Assembly: GCF_001458695.1 (NCBI RefSeq)
Contig: NZ_LN885086.1
Location: 2,280,001-2,312,000, forward strand
DNA from: Candidatus Nitrospira inopinata
GTDB lineage: Bacteria; Nitrospirota; Nitrospiria; Nitrospirales; Nitrospiraceae
Direction: 5' to 3'
Length of the DNA: 32,000 nucleotides
Shown here: positions 7,298 through 16,667 of the stretch, piece by piece
How the letters are laid out: each line of letters begins with the position of its first letter
How positions within the stretch are numbered: the stretch's first letter is position 1
Position numbers and translations under genes: made by a program
The notes under the pieces: generated by a model
What the model was told of the DNA's origin: nothing
Seen by the model: the letters and a program-made list of their open reading frames with translations, nothing else
The model's database searches: none

Positions 7298-8373
7298 CCA
7301 CGATGCGTGCTGCCCGTCGCCGGAGAAATCTAGTTGGAAGTCCGGCCTGGCTGGTGGCCTTCTTGCTTGTGGTGGTGGGGATCACGGTCGCCAGCCTGTG
7401 GGCGGGGGGAGTGATCACACTTGATCACTGGTTCGGTCCCTCCCGCGAGGGACTGGTGGCAGTTCCAGCTCCCTCCCGCCCGATTCCAGCCTACACAAAG
7501 GTCACCAGGGATTTTCTCTTGGACCAGAATGGGAACCTTTCTTTTATTTATCTGCCACCCGATGCGGTGACGCCAGAAATGTATGTCCAACTGAGTGACA
7601 TTCTCGGACGGGTGACCAAGAAACCCAAACCACCTGGGTATGTCTTTACGGAAGCTGATTTTTTTCCGAAGGGTAGTCGCGCCGGTCTTGTTGCTGGCGT
7701 GCCACCGGGCAAACGGGCCATGCGGATCGAGGCTGACCAGGTTCGGGGACTCTATGGTCTGAACATTGGGGATCGATTTGATCTGGTGGCGACCATCCCT
7801 ATCGAGGCCAAGAACGCCGCCAAGGGGCTCAAGATCGGGGGAGCTTATCAAGAGGTGCTCACCTTGCAGGCCGAACTAACTAATTGGATGAAACAGGCGA
7901 CGGTGCGGGTGCTGGTGCAAAACGGCGTTCTGGTTGAACCCCTCACCACCAGACAGGTTCCGATCACAACCACGACATTGACCAAAGGGCCGGTGACCAG
8001 GACCAAGCCAGTGCAAGAGTATGTGATCGCAGTGGATCCAGAGGAGGTTGCCCTGTTGACCCAGGCGATTGCCGTGAAAGCCCAGATCAATGCTGTGCCT
8101 CGCTCTGGTCAACCTGGGGACCCAGAAGACAGCCGCACGCCGGATCTGCAGCCGTGGCATCCCTATACAGGCTTCGTGAACGATCGCGATCCCATGAGCC
8201 ATTCTTTCGGCGCCATCCCAAAACTGACGATGGTGGAAACGATCACCGGCCGGAGGAAACAGGGGTTCGATCGAGGGGTGTTGGGTGTGCCGATCAGTGA
8301 AGCGGCGGAATATGAGTCAAGAGAGCGCCACCATGAGATCCCCACAACGACTCGGCCGCCGGTGCCTCGATGA
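7294..8373 (+). CDS. cpaB: Flp pilus assembly protein CpaB/RcpC
   Basis: It has an N-terminal membrane anchor (WLVAFLLVVVGITVASLW), a SAF-like segment (IPAYTKVTRDFL) and a beta-clip region (GKRAMRIEADQVRGLYGLNIGDRFDLVATIP). ATGA overlap with the upstream gene. Confidence 0.8.
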   Translation: MTTMRAARRRRNLVGSPAWLVAFLLVVVGITVASLWAGGVITLDHWFGPSREGLVAVPAPSRPIPAYTKVTRDFLLDQNGNLSFIYLPPDAVTPEMYVQLSDILGRVTKKPKPPGYVFTEADFFPKGSRAGLVAGVPPGKRAMRIEADQVRGLYGLNIGDRFDLVATIPIEAKNAAKGLKIGGAYQEVLTLQAELTNWMKQATVRVLVQNGVLVEPLTTRQVPITTTTLTKGPVTRTKPVQEYVIAVDPEEVALLTQAIAVKAQINAVPRSGQPGDPEDSRTPDLQPWHPYTGFVNDRDPMSHSFGAIPKLTMVETITGRRKQGFDRGVLGVPISEAAEYESRERHHEIPTTTRPPVPR

Positions 8374-8421
8374 ATAGCTGGCTGGGAGGTTCTCTGGACG
8401 AAAGGCGGTAAAGGGAGACCG

Positions 8422-9675
8422 ATGCTTCCGTTTCTGATCATGGTGGTGATTGGAGGGTTGGCGTTGGGTGGTCTGGTGATCGACCTGGGGATGGCGATCT
8501 TGACACAGGCGCAGATGCAGGCGGCGGCCGATCCGGCGGCGCTGGAGGGGCTCCGGTTCCGGGACGCGCTGGATGGCAACGGCCAACCGATCGGTGACGA
8601 AGGACGGAGGATGGTGGCCGCTCGTATGGCCTCCCTGGTCTTTGATGATGACCTTGAGCCGGCTGCTCCATCGGTCTTGCCCCTTCAATTAGGTGCCGGT
8701 CCAGAACTTGAGCTGATGGACCATGATGACCCTGCCATTGCGGCTCTCTATGCCTCTCGGACGATTGTGGTGTCGGACCAACGGACATATCTGCCACGGT
8801 TGCAACTGAATCTCACCAATGAACCGCACGGTGATCTGGTAGCCGGGACCTTTGTGTCACCCTGGCCACTGGCCCTCTCTCGTGAAGAACGTAGCTATGA
8901 GAGAAACGACTTTCTGCCAAGTGATCAGGCCATCAGCGCCAGGGCCCCCGCCTTTTTAGTCCGCCTGCGGCGAACCAATGACCTGGACGGACTCGACCAT
9001 CAGGAGGGAGTGAGTTCGGGCGGCTCGCCGATTCCCTTGTTGGCCGGCCATGGTTCACTGACGCCGTTCGCTAATCCGGACAACCCTAATAACTATAACT
9101 TCCGTGCCCATGGATTCACGGTTCGGGCGACCGCGCTGGCAGAGGCCCAACCGGCTCTTCGGGTGGGATTTCCACAGACCAATGTCACGCCGCCGGTGGA
9201 AGGAGCTCTGCCTTTCGCTCTCGCTCTGGAACTGTGGAACAGTCTTCCGGTTGAGCAGCCCGTCGTGCTGACAGTGGATGCAACAGGGACCATTTCGGGG
9301 AATGGGTTGGCGGTCGCTGGTCGCTTCACTCCGCCCCCACCGGATCCGACTGCGATGACGATGGTGGGACAAGCGATCGTTCCTGCCGCTCCTCTCTTAG
9401 GGGCGGACCGCACCGGCTATGTGCCTATTTACCGTTCGTTTGAAGAGGCGGGACAAGCCGTTGAACGGGTGATTGGGTTTGGTCGTCTTGCAGTGCGGGG
9501 GCCCTTGCCCACTTTGACTATCCTGCGTCTGCCAGGGGTGGTGGCGCCGATGAACGTAAGCCGACATATCACAGGAGCGGCATCGTTCCCTCAGGATCCA
9601 GAAGTCTGGCAGGCCCTGTTCGAGGCGAATCGGGCACTTGGCGATGCAGTGCTAGCTCCTGTTCTGGTTCGGTAG
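8422..9675 (+). CDS. TadG-like protein (Tad N-terminal domain), otherwise uncharacterised
   Basis: The N-terminus MLPFLIMVVIGGLALGGLVIDLGMAILTQAQMQAAADPAALEG resembles the TadG/Tad_N pattern (hydrophobic helix - VD.G - LQ.AADAAAL). RBS AAGGGAG lies upstream. I saw no von Willebrand A (DxSxS) motif by eye. Confidence 0.6.
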   Translation: MLPFLIMVVIGGLALGGLVIDLGMAILTQAQMQAAADPAALEGLRFRDALDGNGQPIGDEGRRMVAARMASLVFDDDLEPAAPSVLPLQLGAGPELELMDHDDPAIAALYASRTIVVSDQRTYLPRLQLNLTNEPHGDLVAGTFVSPWPLALSREERSYERNDFLPSDQAISARAPAFLVRLRRTNDLDGLDHQEGVSSGGSPIPLLAGHGSLTPFANPDNPNNYNFRAHGFTVRATALAEAQPALRVGFPQTNVTPPVEGALPFALALELWNSLPVEQPVVLTVDATGTISGNGLAVAGRFTPPPPDPTAMTMVGQAIVPAAPLLGADRTGYVPIYRSFEEAGQAVERVIGFGRLAVRGPLPTLTILRLPGVVAPMNVSRHITGAASFPQDPEVWQALFEANRALGDAVLAPVLVR

Positions 9676-9686
9676 TAAGGCGAATA

Positions 9687-10931
9687 ATGATTGAGAAACC
9701 AGTCCATATTTTGGTGGTGGGGCATGATCCGGCCTTGCGCGACGAATGGGACGCGGCTGTTGAAGGGCTGCCGGCTCGACGGGTGTTGGTTACCTATGCG
9801 TCTGGCTATGCGCAGGCTGAGGATTATGCCCGGAACCGACAGCCTGAGTTGGTCTGTGTCGAACTCACCACTGCGTTCCAGGATCTGAAACTGTTCGCCA
9901 AAGAACTCCGTCGTACCGTGCCGGCCGCAGTGTTAGCCGGGCTGTTTTGGGAGGATCAGTTGGGAGGGCGCGAGAATGATCCGATGGTCTTGATCGACTA
10001 TGTCAGGGCGGGCATCCAGGATTTCTTGCGGCGGCCTCTCTCGAGCACGGAGCTGCGACAGCTGCTGGATCGCCTCTTTACCCAGCGTACTAGTTTGCAC
10101 GGGACCGTTGGGACGGTGGTGTCCTTTGTCAGTAACAAAGGAGGGGTGGGGAAAAGCACCCTCGCTGTCAATGCCGCCGCGGCTCTGGCTCGGCGCTATC
10201 CTGAGCAGGTTCTGCTGATTGATGCGTCGCTGCAACTGGGCGTGTGCGCCTTGATGTTGGATCTTGTTCCGGCTACCACGATTGTGGATGCGGTGCGGGA
10301 AAAGACCAGACTCGATGAGACCATGCTCCGGCAATTGGCAGTGCCCCACCCCTGCGGCCTTTACTTGCTGGCTGCGCCAACCAATGCGGTGGACGCGTCG
10401 GAGGTGGACGAAGAATCGGTCTATCGCATTTTGAATCTGGCGCGACGGGCCTTTCCCTTCGTGGTGGTGGATACGTTTCCCCTGTTGGATAGCACGGTCA
10501 TGGCGGTGCTCGATGTCACGGATGTGGGGTTCATCGTCATGCAAGGCACGGCGCCCAGTATTGTGGGCATGGTCAAATTTTTACCGATGTTAAAGGGGCT
10601 GGGATTTGGCGAGGACCGACAGCGACTGGTGCTGAATCAGAATTATCGAAACTTTGCGGGCAATTTGAAACTGACGGATATTGAACGGCGGCTCGGCCGC
10701 CAACTGCAATATGTGTTCCCCTATCAAAAAGGGATTCTGGTCGCGGCCAATGCGGGAGAGCCCTACATTCTGGGGCTCCACCGGTATTTTGGTTTTGGGC
10801 GAGAAATGGAAGCCCTGGTTGATGACATTGCGGAGCAGCAATCGGCGAGGAGAGGACAGTTGTCCGCCAATGGGGCCGTCAAACCCGCCGGTCATCAGAC
10901 CGCGTCGCTCACGGAGGAGACGGCTTCATGA
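9687..10931 (+). CDS. cpaE: CpaE/TadZ: atypical receiver domain fused to a MinD/ParA-type ATPase
   Basis: A deviant Walker A is present (VSFVSNKGGVGKSTLAVNAA). The N-terminal CheY-like fold has Glu where the phospho-acceptor Asp is expected (ELVCVELT). Confidence 0.85.
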   Translation: MIEKPVHILVVGHDPALRDEWDAAVEGLPARRVLVTYASGYAQAEDYARNRQPELVCVELTTAFQDLKLFAKELRRTVPAAVLAGLFWEDQLGGRENDPMVLIDYVRAGIQDFLRRPLSSTELRQLLDRLFTQRTSLHGTVGTVVSFVSNKGGVGKSTLAVNAAAALARRYPEQVLLIDASLQLGVCALMLDLVPATTIVDAVREKTRLDETMLRQLAVPHPCGLYLLAAPTNAVDASEVDEESVYRILNLARRAFPFVVVDTFPLLDSTVMAVLDVTDVGFIVMQGTAPSIVGMVKFLPMLKGLGFGEDRQRLVLNQNYRNFAGNLKLTDIERRLGRQLQYVFPYQKGILVAANAGEPYILGLHRYFGFGREMEALVDDIAEQQSARRGQLSANGAVKPAGHQTASLTEETAS

Positions 10932-12373
10932 GTGAATCAAATGAGGCCTCGTTCCCTGGAGGAGAGGCTGGTCGTCGAGCCCTCTTTCGCCGGTCATTGA
11001 CGAGTGACGCGGCCTCCCGCATCAAGCTGGCCGTCAAACGGGGAGTGCTTTCGCAATGGGGAGAAGAGGCTGTATCAGAAGCGCCGACCGCCAAACAGGC
11101 TGACTATGTTTCGGTCAAAGGACTGTTGCAACAACGGCTGTTGGCGGAACTTGGAGACGAGATGGTTTTGAGTCTTCGGGAAGAAGAGGTGGCGACCGCC
11201 GTCGAGGTGTTCGTCCGTCGGATTCTTGAGTCGGAACAGATTCCCCTCAATGAGCAGGAGCGAGGCCGTCTGGCCGACGAGCTGACCGAGGAAGTGATGG
11301 GGCTGGGCCCCCTCTCGCCGCTGATGGCTGATCCGGCCGTTGCCGATATTTTAGTGGTGGCCCCTGATAAGGTCTATGTCGAACGGTTCGGGAAACTGGA
11401 GAAAACCGATGTACGATTTCGCGACGCTGAACATATCGTGCGGGTGATCGAGCGGATTGCCGCGCAGATGGGGCGACGGATCGATGCCGCTTCGCCGATG
11501 GCGGATCTGCGCCTGCGGGATGGAAGCCGAGTCAATGCGACACTTCCACCGGTCTCAATCGACGGCCCAACATTGTCGATTAGGCGGTTTGGGCGCAGGC
11601 GACTGCGCTGGAGGGACTTACTTGAGCTTGGCATGATGTCCGAGGCGATGGCCGAATTTCTCGCGATGGCTGTATCGCTGCGCACAAACATGCTTGTGTC
11701 TGGAGGAACCGGCGCCGGAAAGTCCACCTTGCTGGGGGCATTGTTGGAGTCGGCTGCGCCCACGGAACGGATTATCACGATCGAAGACACGGCGGAACTC
11801 ATCCTCGATCAGGAACATGTGGTTCGATTGGAAACTCGACCTCCCAACATCGAAGGGCGAGGACGGATCACTCAACGCGATCTGGTCATCAATTCGCTCC
11901 GCATGAGACCGGATCGAATCATTGTTGGCGAGGTGCGGGGGCCCGAGGCGTTGGACATGTTGCAGGCTATGAACACGGGTCATGATGGGGGGATGAGCAC
12001 GATTCACGCCAATTCGCCGCGCGACGCCCTCTCACGGTTAGAGACGATGGTGCTTATGGCCGGCGAGGAATTGCCCTCAAAAGCTATTCGGGAGCAAATC
12101 GTGTCGGCAATTCGGCTGTTGGTGCATGTCAGACGGTATGAGGACGGTGTCCGCCGCATCGAGCGGATTACGGAAATCACGGGTCTCGAAGGGACGGTCC
12201 CGCTACTTCAAGACATTTTTGAATTTCGCCGGGCCAGCATGAAAGGACGTCGGCTAGAGGGAGAGTTTCTCCCCACCGGCATTGTGCCTCGGTGTGTGGA
12301 GGGATGGCGGGAGCAGGGCATCGAAGTGCCGTGGGGGCTGTTTCGGGCACGAAGTGGATATGGAGCCCAGTAA
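10928..12373 (+). CDS. cpaF: CpaF/TadA secretion ATPase
   Basis: Walker A ([13 protein letters not shown]), Asp box (ITIEDTAEL), Walker B ([12 protein letters not shown]) and His box ([12 protein letters not shown]) are all present. ATGA overlap with cpaE. Confidence 0.95.
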   Translation: MSESNEASFPGGEAGRRALFRRSLTSDAASRIKLAVKRGVLSQWGEEAVSEAPTAKQADYVSVKGLLQQRLLAELGDEMVLSLREEEVATAVEVFVRRILESEQIPLNEQERGRLADELTEEVMGLGPLSPLMADPAVADILVVAPDKVYVERFGKLEKTDVRFRDAEHIVRVIERIAAQMGRRIDAASPMADLRLRDGSRVNATLPPVSIDGPTLSIRRFGRRRLRWRDLLELGMMSEAMAEFLAMAVSLRTNMLVSGGTGAGKSTLLGALLESAAPTERIITIEDTAELILDQEHVVRLETRPPNIEGRGRITQRDLVINSLRMRPDRIIVGEVRGPEALDMLQAMNTGHDGGMSTIHANSPRDALSRLETMVLMAGEELPSKAIREQIVSAIRLLVHVRRYEDGVRRIERITEITGLEGTVPLLQDIFEFRRASMKGRRLEGEFLPTGIVPRCVEGWREQGIEVPWGLFRARSGYGAQ

Positions 12374-13208
12374 GGTCATCTTGATAGTCACGCTGTTGGC
12401 CGCTGCAGGAGGAGCGGTCTGGTGGTGGAGCTTGGAACGCCGCCGTCGTCTCGCCCTGAGCCGGTTGGAGCCCGCGAGGGAGCGGGCCAAATCTGACCGC
12501 GTGGGGAGGCGCTTTCCTCCTCGCTACCGGTGGGTCTCGGTCGCGGTCGCTGGGATGACAATGATGGGCTGCTGGTGGTGTAAGTGGCCGGTTCCTTTTG
12601 TTTTAGCGATCGCGCTTATCGTTGGTGTTGTCATTGGGATTGTCGAGTCGACGATTGCCTCTCGGCGTGTGCTCCTGCTGGAACTGCAATTGACAGTGGT
12701 CATCGATGGCTTGGTCGGTGCGCTCCGGGTGGGGATGGCTCTGCCCAAGGCTATAGAGGTTGCGATGCGAGAGGCACGACCACCCTTGCTCGGCTATCTC
12801 CAAGAAATGGTGACGCGGCTGCATCTAGGAGAGGAAGCGCCGACCGTCTTTCGTGAGCTAGCAAACAGGATTCCGCTGGAAAGTGTCCAGTTGTTTTGTC
12901 TCACTTTGTCTGCTCAATGGATGAGCGGGGGGCGGGTAGCCCATGCCTTGGCGGCAGTGGGCAAGACCATTCGGGATCGGATCGAAGTGTCCCGCCGCGT
13001 GCGAGCGCAGGCCGTCGAAGCCCATGCTTCGGTGGTGGCAATGATGGGCATTTCCTATGGGGTCGCTTGGATTATGTGGAGGGCCAATCCTGCTTCGTTC
13101 ACGACATTTCTAACAAGTGAGTGGGGACTCGTTCTAACCTCGGGAGCCATGGTACTGCAAGCGGTCGGTATGCTCTGGGTGCGGAAACTTGGTCAGATTA
13201 GGTATTAG
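12360..13208 (+). CDS. tadB: TadB, inner-membrane platform protein (T2SSF family)
   Basis: It has an N-terminal TM segment (VILIVTLLAAAGGAVWWW), a cytoplasmic helical domain and C-terminal TM segments, in the expected position after cpaF. The start ATG at 12360 overlaps cpaF by 14 nt. The ORF-track start at 12282 lies deep inside cpaF. Confidence 0.8.
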   Translation: MEPSKVILIVTLLAAAGGAVWWWSLERRRRLALSRLEPARERAKSDRVGRRFPPRYRWVSVAVAGMTMMGCWWCKWPVPFVLAIALIVGVVIGIVESTIASRRVLLLELQLTVVIDGLVGALRVGMALPKAIEVAMREARPPLLGYLQEMVTRLHLGEEAPTVFRELANRIPLESVQLFCLTLSAQWMSGGRVAHALAAVGKTIRDRIEVSRRVRAQAVEAHASVVAMMGISYGVAWIMWRANPASFTTFLTSEWGLVLTSGAMVLQAVGMLWVRKLGQIRY

Positions 13209-13218
13209 GAGTGGGACG

Positions 13219-14139
13219 ATGACCGTTGTTCTTGGAATTGTGGGGGTCGGGTTGATAGTGATCGGGATATGGCAGGCCGTTTCTTGGGCGATCCGATATC
13301 GAACACGTGAACGGGTGGAACAGGAGGGGGACCCCGGTCATCTTATGAGAGGAACCGCTGTCGATGACACGATGGGACGTCTAGCTCGATGGCTTTTCCT
13401 GGCCGGCTTCCGCGCCAGGTCCGCACCAATCATTTTTGTCAGTATGTCAGCCGCCGGTGTTGGACTTGGCGTTTTAGGAGCGCTCGCGGTGGAACGGCTA
13501 GGGATAGTCGATCTGATGGTTCAGGGATTGCTGTATATCCCTGGAGGTCTTGGCGAGGGGTTATCGGCCATTGTCCGATTGGCCCCCTGGATCGTGTTGG
13601 TGAACGTCGCGCTGACTCCGACCTTGGTTGTAAGGGCTGCACGGCGGCGTCGAGTGCGGGAAGTTGAGGAAGACCTCCCCCTATTGCTGGAACTGCTAGC
13701 CTCGTTGGCCGAGGGAGGGCTTGGCTTTGACGCAGCCCTAGCCAAAGTGCTTCAGGCTCAATCAAGGGATCGGTCTCTGGCATCAGAACTTCGTACCTTT
13801 CAAGCTGAATTGCAGATCGGGGTTGGGCGGGTCCAGGCGTTGCGCCGCTTGGCCTGGCGCTTAGAAATTCCTTCCGTCTCCACGTTCGTGTCAGCCTTGA
13901 TCCACGCGGAGCAGGTCGGTGCGAGCCTGGCGGAAACCCTGCGCGATCAAGCAGGAGACCTGCGGAATATCCGGCGTGAACGGGTGTTGTTTGAAGCGCA
14001 GGCGCTTCCGGTCAAGTTGGTGTTTCCGCTGGTGCTGTGTTTTCTCCCCTCGATGTTCGTCACGACATTGGGGCCCGCCTTGTATCAGATGGTCAGAGTG
14101 CTCAACCTTTCAACGCTTCGAGGGGCGCCTCTTCCATGA
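13219..14139 (+). CDS. tadC: TadC, inner-membrane platform protein (T2SSF family)
   Basis: AGGAGTGGG lies upstream of the ATG at 13219. The T2SSF-like core is present (LPLLLELLASLAEGGLGFDAAL, LIHAEQVGASLAETL). It is the paralogous partner of tadB. Confidence 0.8.
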   Translation: MTVVLGIVGVGLIVIGIWQAVSWAIRYRTRERVEQEGDPGHLMRGTAVDDTMGRLARWLFLAGFRARSAPIIFVSMSAAGVGLGVLGALAVERLGIVDLMVQGLLYIPGGLGEGLSAIVRLAPWIVLVNVALTPTLVVRAARRRRVREVEEDLPLLLELLASLAEGGLGFDAALAKVLQAQSRDRSLASELRTFQAELQIGVGRVQALRRLAWRLEIPSVSTFVSALIHAEQVGASLAETLRDQAGDLRNIRRERVLFEAQALPVKLVFPLVLCFLPSMFVTTLGPALYQMVRVLNLSTLRGAPLP

Positions 14140-14933
14140 CCTCAACGATCATTGAGTATGGCAAGGAGTATGGCAAGCCGTTGGTACGCCGACGGGGCAC
14201 GTGGATTGTTCTGGTTGCCGCTTTAGGTGCTGGTCTCGGTGGCTGCTCGTTTCAAAGCCAGTATGTGTACAACGAATGTCCGTTACCGGATCAACAGTTC
14301 CTACCACTGTGGGAACAGTGGCGCGAAGCCCATTCAAAACCGGGTGGATGTGGGATGCCGGAGGAGGGACGATTTGTCTGTGAGGCATTGCGTCGAGAAG
14401 TAGAGCGAGTGGCCCATATCTGCCCAACCTACGTGCCGGGGTTGATGGCATCGGCGATTATCGCCTACGAGGATCGTCAGTTCGCCCTGGCCCAACAATA
14501 TCTGGACGCGCTCCTCGGTCTTCAGAAAGCCCATGGTCCCGCCGCCGTGCTCCGCGGTCGGATTGCGCTGGAAGAGGGCAACGTTCCGTTTGCGCTCAGA
14601 TTTTTGGCGGAGCAGGTGAAATTGTCTCCCGAAGACGCGGATCTACATGAAGTCTACGCCGGCGCGCTCTTTCTCGCGGACAAACTGCCGGAGGCAAAAC
14701 GGCAACTGACGATCGCCGCCAATCTCGGCGCGCCGACCTGGCGGGTCGCTTATCACCGGGGATTATTTGAAGAGGCATTGGGAAATTTTCATCTGGCCCT
14801 GCGGCACTATGAAGAGGCGATCAGCGAACGACCGGGGTGGGAGGCGGCCCTGGTGCGGCGGGACGGGATCATCGCGGCGACTCGACGGGGGGAGGACCCC
14901 GACGTCGCCCCCGATGATGACGATCGACGGTAG
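14136..14933 (+). CDS. TPR-repeat lipoprotein, TadD-like
   Basis: The ATG at 14136 forms an ATGA overlap with the tadC stop. A lipobox-like signal is present (VLVAALGAGLGGCS). TPR-like helices follow (ALAQQYLDALLGL, FALRFLAEQVKLSPEDADLHEVYAGALF, ALRHYEEAISERP). It is the last gene of the tad operon. Confidence 0.7.
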   Translation: MTSTIIEYGKEYGKPLVRRRGTWIVLVAALGAGLGGCSFQSQYVYNECPLPDQQFLPLWEQWREAHSKPGGCGMPEEGRFVCEALRREVERVAHICPTYVPGLMASAIIAYEDRQFALAQQYLDALLGLQKAHGPAAVLRGRIALEEGNVPFALRFLAEQVKLSPEDADLHEVYAGALFLADKLPEAKRQLTIAANLGAPTWRVAYHRGLFEEALGNFHLALRHYEEAISERPGWEAALVRRDGIIAATRRGEDPDVAPDDDDRR

Positions 14934-15010
14934 TGTGTCGAGAAGAGAGCGGATCGCGCCCTTTTTTGTCGGAGCGGGGGCCGGCGCGTTGATGGAGGCC
15001 GGCTGACTTT

Positions 15011-16069
15011 TTAGGCCGGTTTGACGGTCAGCGATTCGGCCAGCTCGTCCAAGAGGGACTTCGTTTCGTCCCATCCGAGACAGGCGTCGGTGATCGAGAC
15101 GCCGTACGCAAGCGGAACCCCCTCTTTCCACGTTTGCTTCCCGGGGTGGAGATTGCTCTCCAGCATGAGCCCCATGATCGAGTGGCGGCCCTCGCGGAAT
15201 TGACGGAGGACTTCGCGGGCCACGGTGCCTTGACGGCGGTGGTCTTTGCTTGAATTGTCGTGCGAACAATCGATCATGATCGGGCGGGCGATGCCTTCGC
15301 AGGCCACGGCCGTCTCCGCCTTGGCGACGTGCTCGGCGTCGTAATTGCTTTTTCCTCCTCCCCCTCGGAGAACGATGTGTCGATCCGGGTTGCCCATGGT
15401 CTTGATGATGGAGGTTTGGCCCTCGGCGTTGATCCCGACGAAGTGGTGCGGGGCGCGCGCCGAAATCATGGCGTTGACGGCGACCTGCAGGTTGCCCTCG
15501 GTGCCGTTTTTGAATCCGACGGGCATGGAGAGACCGCTGGCCATCTCGCGGTGAATCTGGCTTTCGGTGGTGCGCGCGCCGATCGCCGTCCAACTGATGA
15601 GATCGGCGGTGTATTGAGGCGTGACCGGATCCAGCAACTCCGTGGCGCAAGGCAGGCCCAGTTGATTGATCCGAAGAAGAATGGTGCGAGCCATTTCCAT
15701 GCCGGTTGCGATATCACAGGTGCCGTCCAAATGGGGGTCGTTGATCAAGCCTTTCCATCCGACGGTGGTCCGAGGCTTCTCAAAATAGGTCCGCATGATG
15801 ATCAGAAACCGGTCGCGCAGGGCGTCGGCGACCGGCTTCAGTTTCTGCGCGTAGTCGAGCGCGGCTTCGGGATCATGGATCGAGCAGGGCCCGACGATGA
15901 TGACGAGGCGATCACGATCTTGCCCATGAAGGATCTTTCTGACGGCTTCGCGGGTTTCGACGACCAGTTTGGCCGCCTGATCCGTGATGGGAAGTCTGGT
16001 TTTAATCGTGCGGGGCGAAGGCAGCGCCTTGATCTCGATAACATGCTGATTGTCAATGGGCCTGTTCAC
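15011..16069 (-). CDS. aroG: 3-deoxy-7-phosphoheptulonate (DAHP) synthase, class I (AroF/G/H family); the isozyme cannot be assigned
   Basis: Diagnostic motifs are present (LVIIVGPCSIHD, KPRTTVGWKGLINDP, IGARTTESQ). I place the start at GTG 16069, preceded by GAAAGGA. That gives 352 aa and aligns with the E. coli AroG N-terminus (IKE.K.L.P). ATG 16180 and the ORF-track start at 16246 are longer alternatives. Confidence 0.85.
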   Translation of the reverse strand: MNRPIDNQHVIEIKALPSPRTIKTRLPITDQAAKLVVETREAVRKILHGQDRDRLVIIVGPCSIHDPEAALDYAQKLKPVADALRDRFLIIMRTYFEKPRTTVGWKGLINDPHLDGTCDIATGMEMARTILLRINQLGLPCATELLDPVTPQYTADLISWTAIGARTTESQIHREMASGLSMPVGFKNGTEGNLQVAVNAMISARAPHHFVGINAEGQTSIIKTMGNPDRHIVLRGGGGKSNYDAEHVAKAETAVACEGIARPIMIDCSHDNSSKDHRRQGTVAREVLRQFREGRHSIMGLMLESNLHPGKQTWKEGVPLAYGVSITDACLGWDETKSLLDELAESLTVKPA

Positions 16070-16142
16070 GATGGTCCTTTCAGGAAAAATGGTCTCAATG
16101 CCGTAGAGTATAGGAAATGTTGGGGAAAAGTCCAGCAGGGGG

Positions 16143-16151
16143 ATTGTAACA
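16143..16151 (-). promoter_or_regulatory. Candidate extended -10 promoter element (TGTTACAAT) for the DAHP synthase gene
   Basis: The minus strand reads TGtTACAAT within the only AT-rich patch of the intergenic region, about 70 nt upstream of the proposed GTG start. No good -35 is present. This is sequence inspection only. Confidence 0.3.
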
Positions 16152-16258
16152 TATTGATGGATCGATAAAATCACCGCCATGTCCAATCGATTTGACAGGC
16201 TCCGTCGGCTTATGGTACCCGCTATGGCCCAATGGCTATGCGACATCTTTCCCCAAGC

Positions 16259-16552
16259 ATGAGAGTCGGCCTATCGGTCGGCTTGGTCGTCCTACTGCTG
16301 GCCCTTGCGCCGTTTGCCGTTGCGCAAGACGTCCACCATGCGTTGGCCGCCGCGGACACCGACGGCCACGAACATTCGGCCTACGATATCTGCCAATGGG
16401 TTGACGACCACATCGCCGGCTCGGTCGATTGTGATCCGCCATGCTTGGCTCCCGGTGATCTGGTTTGGTTGCCGGTAAGCACGGCGGAAGACGTTCTGCT
16501 CTCGGCGACGCTCTCGCTTGTCGGTCCTTCCCGCGCTCCGCCTCCTCTCTAG
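16259..16552 (+). CDS. Small secreted His/Cys/Asp-rich protein, hypothetical (possibly DUF2946-like)
   Basis: A Sec signal is present (MRVGLSVGLVVLLLALAPFAVAQ). The mature part reads DVHHALAAADTDGHEHSAYDICQWVDDHIAGSVDCDPPC. The gene lies directly upstream of a TonB-dependent receptor. The start is uncertain (16232, 16238 or 16259) and there is no clear SD. Confidence 0.45.
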   Translation: MRVGLSVGLVVLLLALAPFAVAQDVHHALAAADTDGHEHSAYDICQWVDDHIAGSVDCDPPCLAPGDLVWLPVSTAEDVLLSATLSLVGPSRAPPPL

Positions 16553-16667
16553 ACAAGCACTGCTCACATCAATCACGTCACAGTGAGGTGGAAAGGCCTT
16601 GGGCGGCCCAAACCGTCCATGGTTCGCCATTCTGCTTGTCACCGTTCTTACGAGCGAGGAGGAGCGC

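Noticed and set aside
14978-15013. GCCGGC ... GCCGGC stem followed by TTTTT between tadD-like and the DAHP synthase gene, as a possible terminator
   Set aside because: The stem is only 6 bp with a 12-nt loop, and the T run overlaps the aroG-type stop codon. This is too weak to call.
14763-16168. 295-aa (-) and 302-aa (+) ORFs overlapping the DAHP synthase gene
   Set aside because: They are alternative-frame or antisense ORFs with Arg/Gly/Pro-rich composition. The DAHP synthase frame carries all the diagnostic motifs.
16144-16175. Possible Zur or Fur box in the AT-rich patch (TTGTAACAT ... ATCGATAAAATCA)
   Set aside because: Only one half-site-like element (GTAACAT) is present and its partner arm is missing. 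The second near-palindrome is asymmetric by one base. A promoter element explains the patch better.
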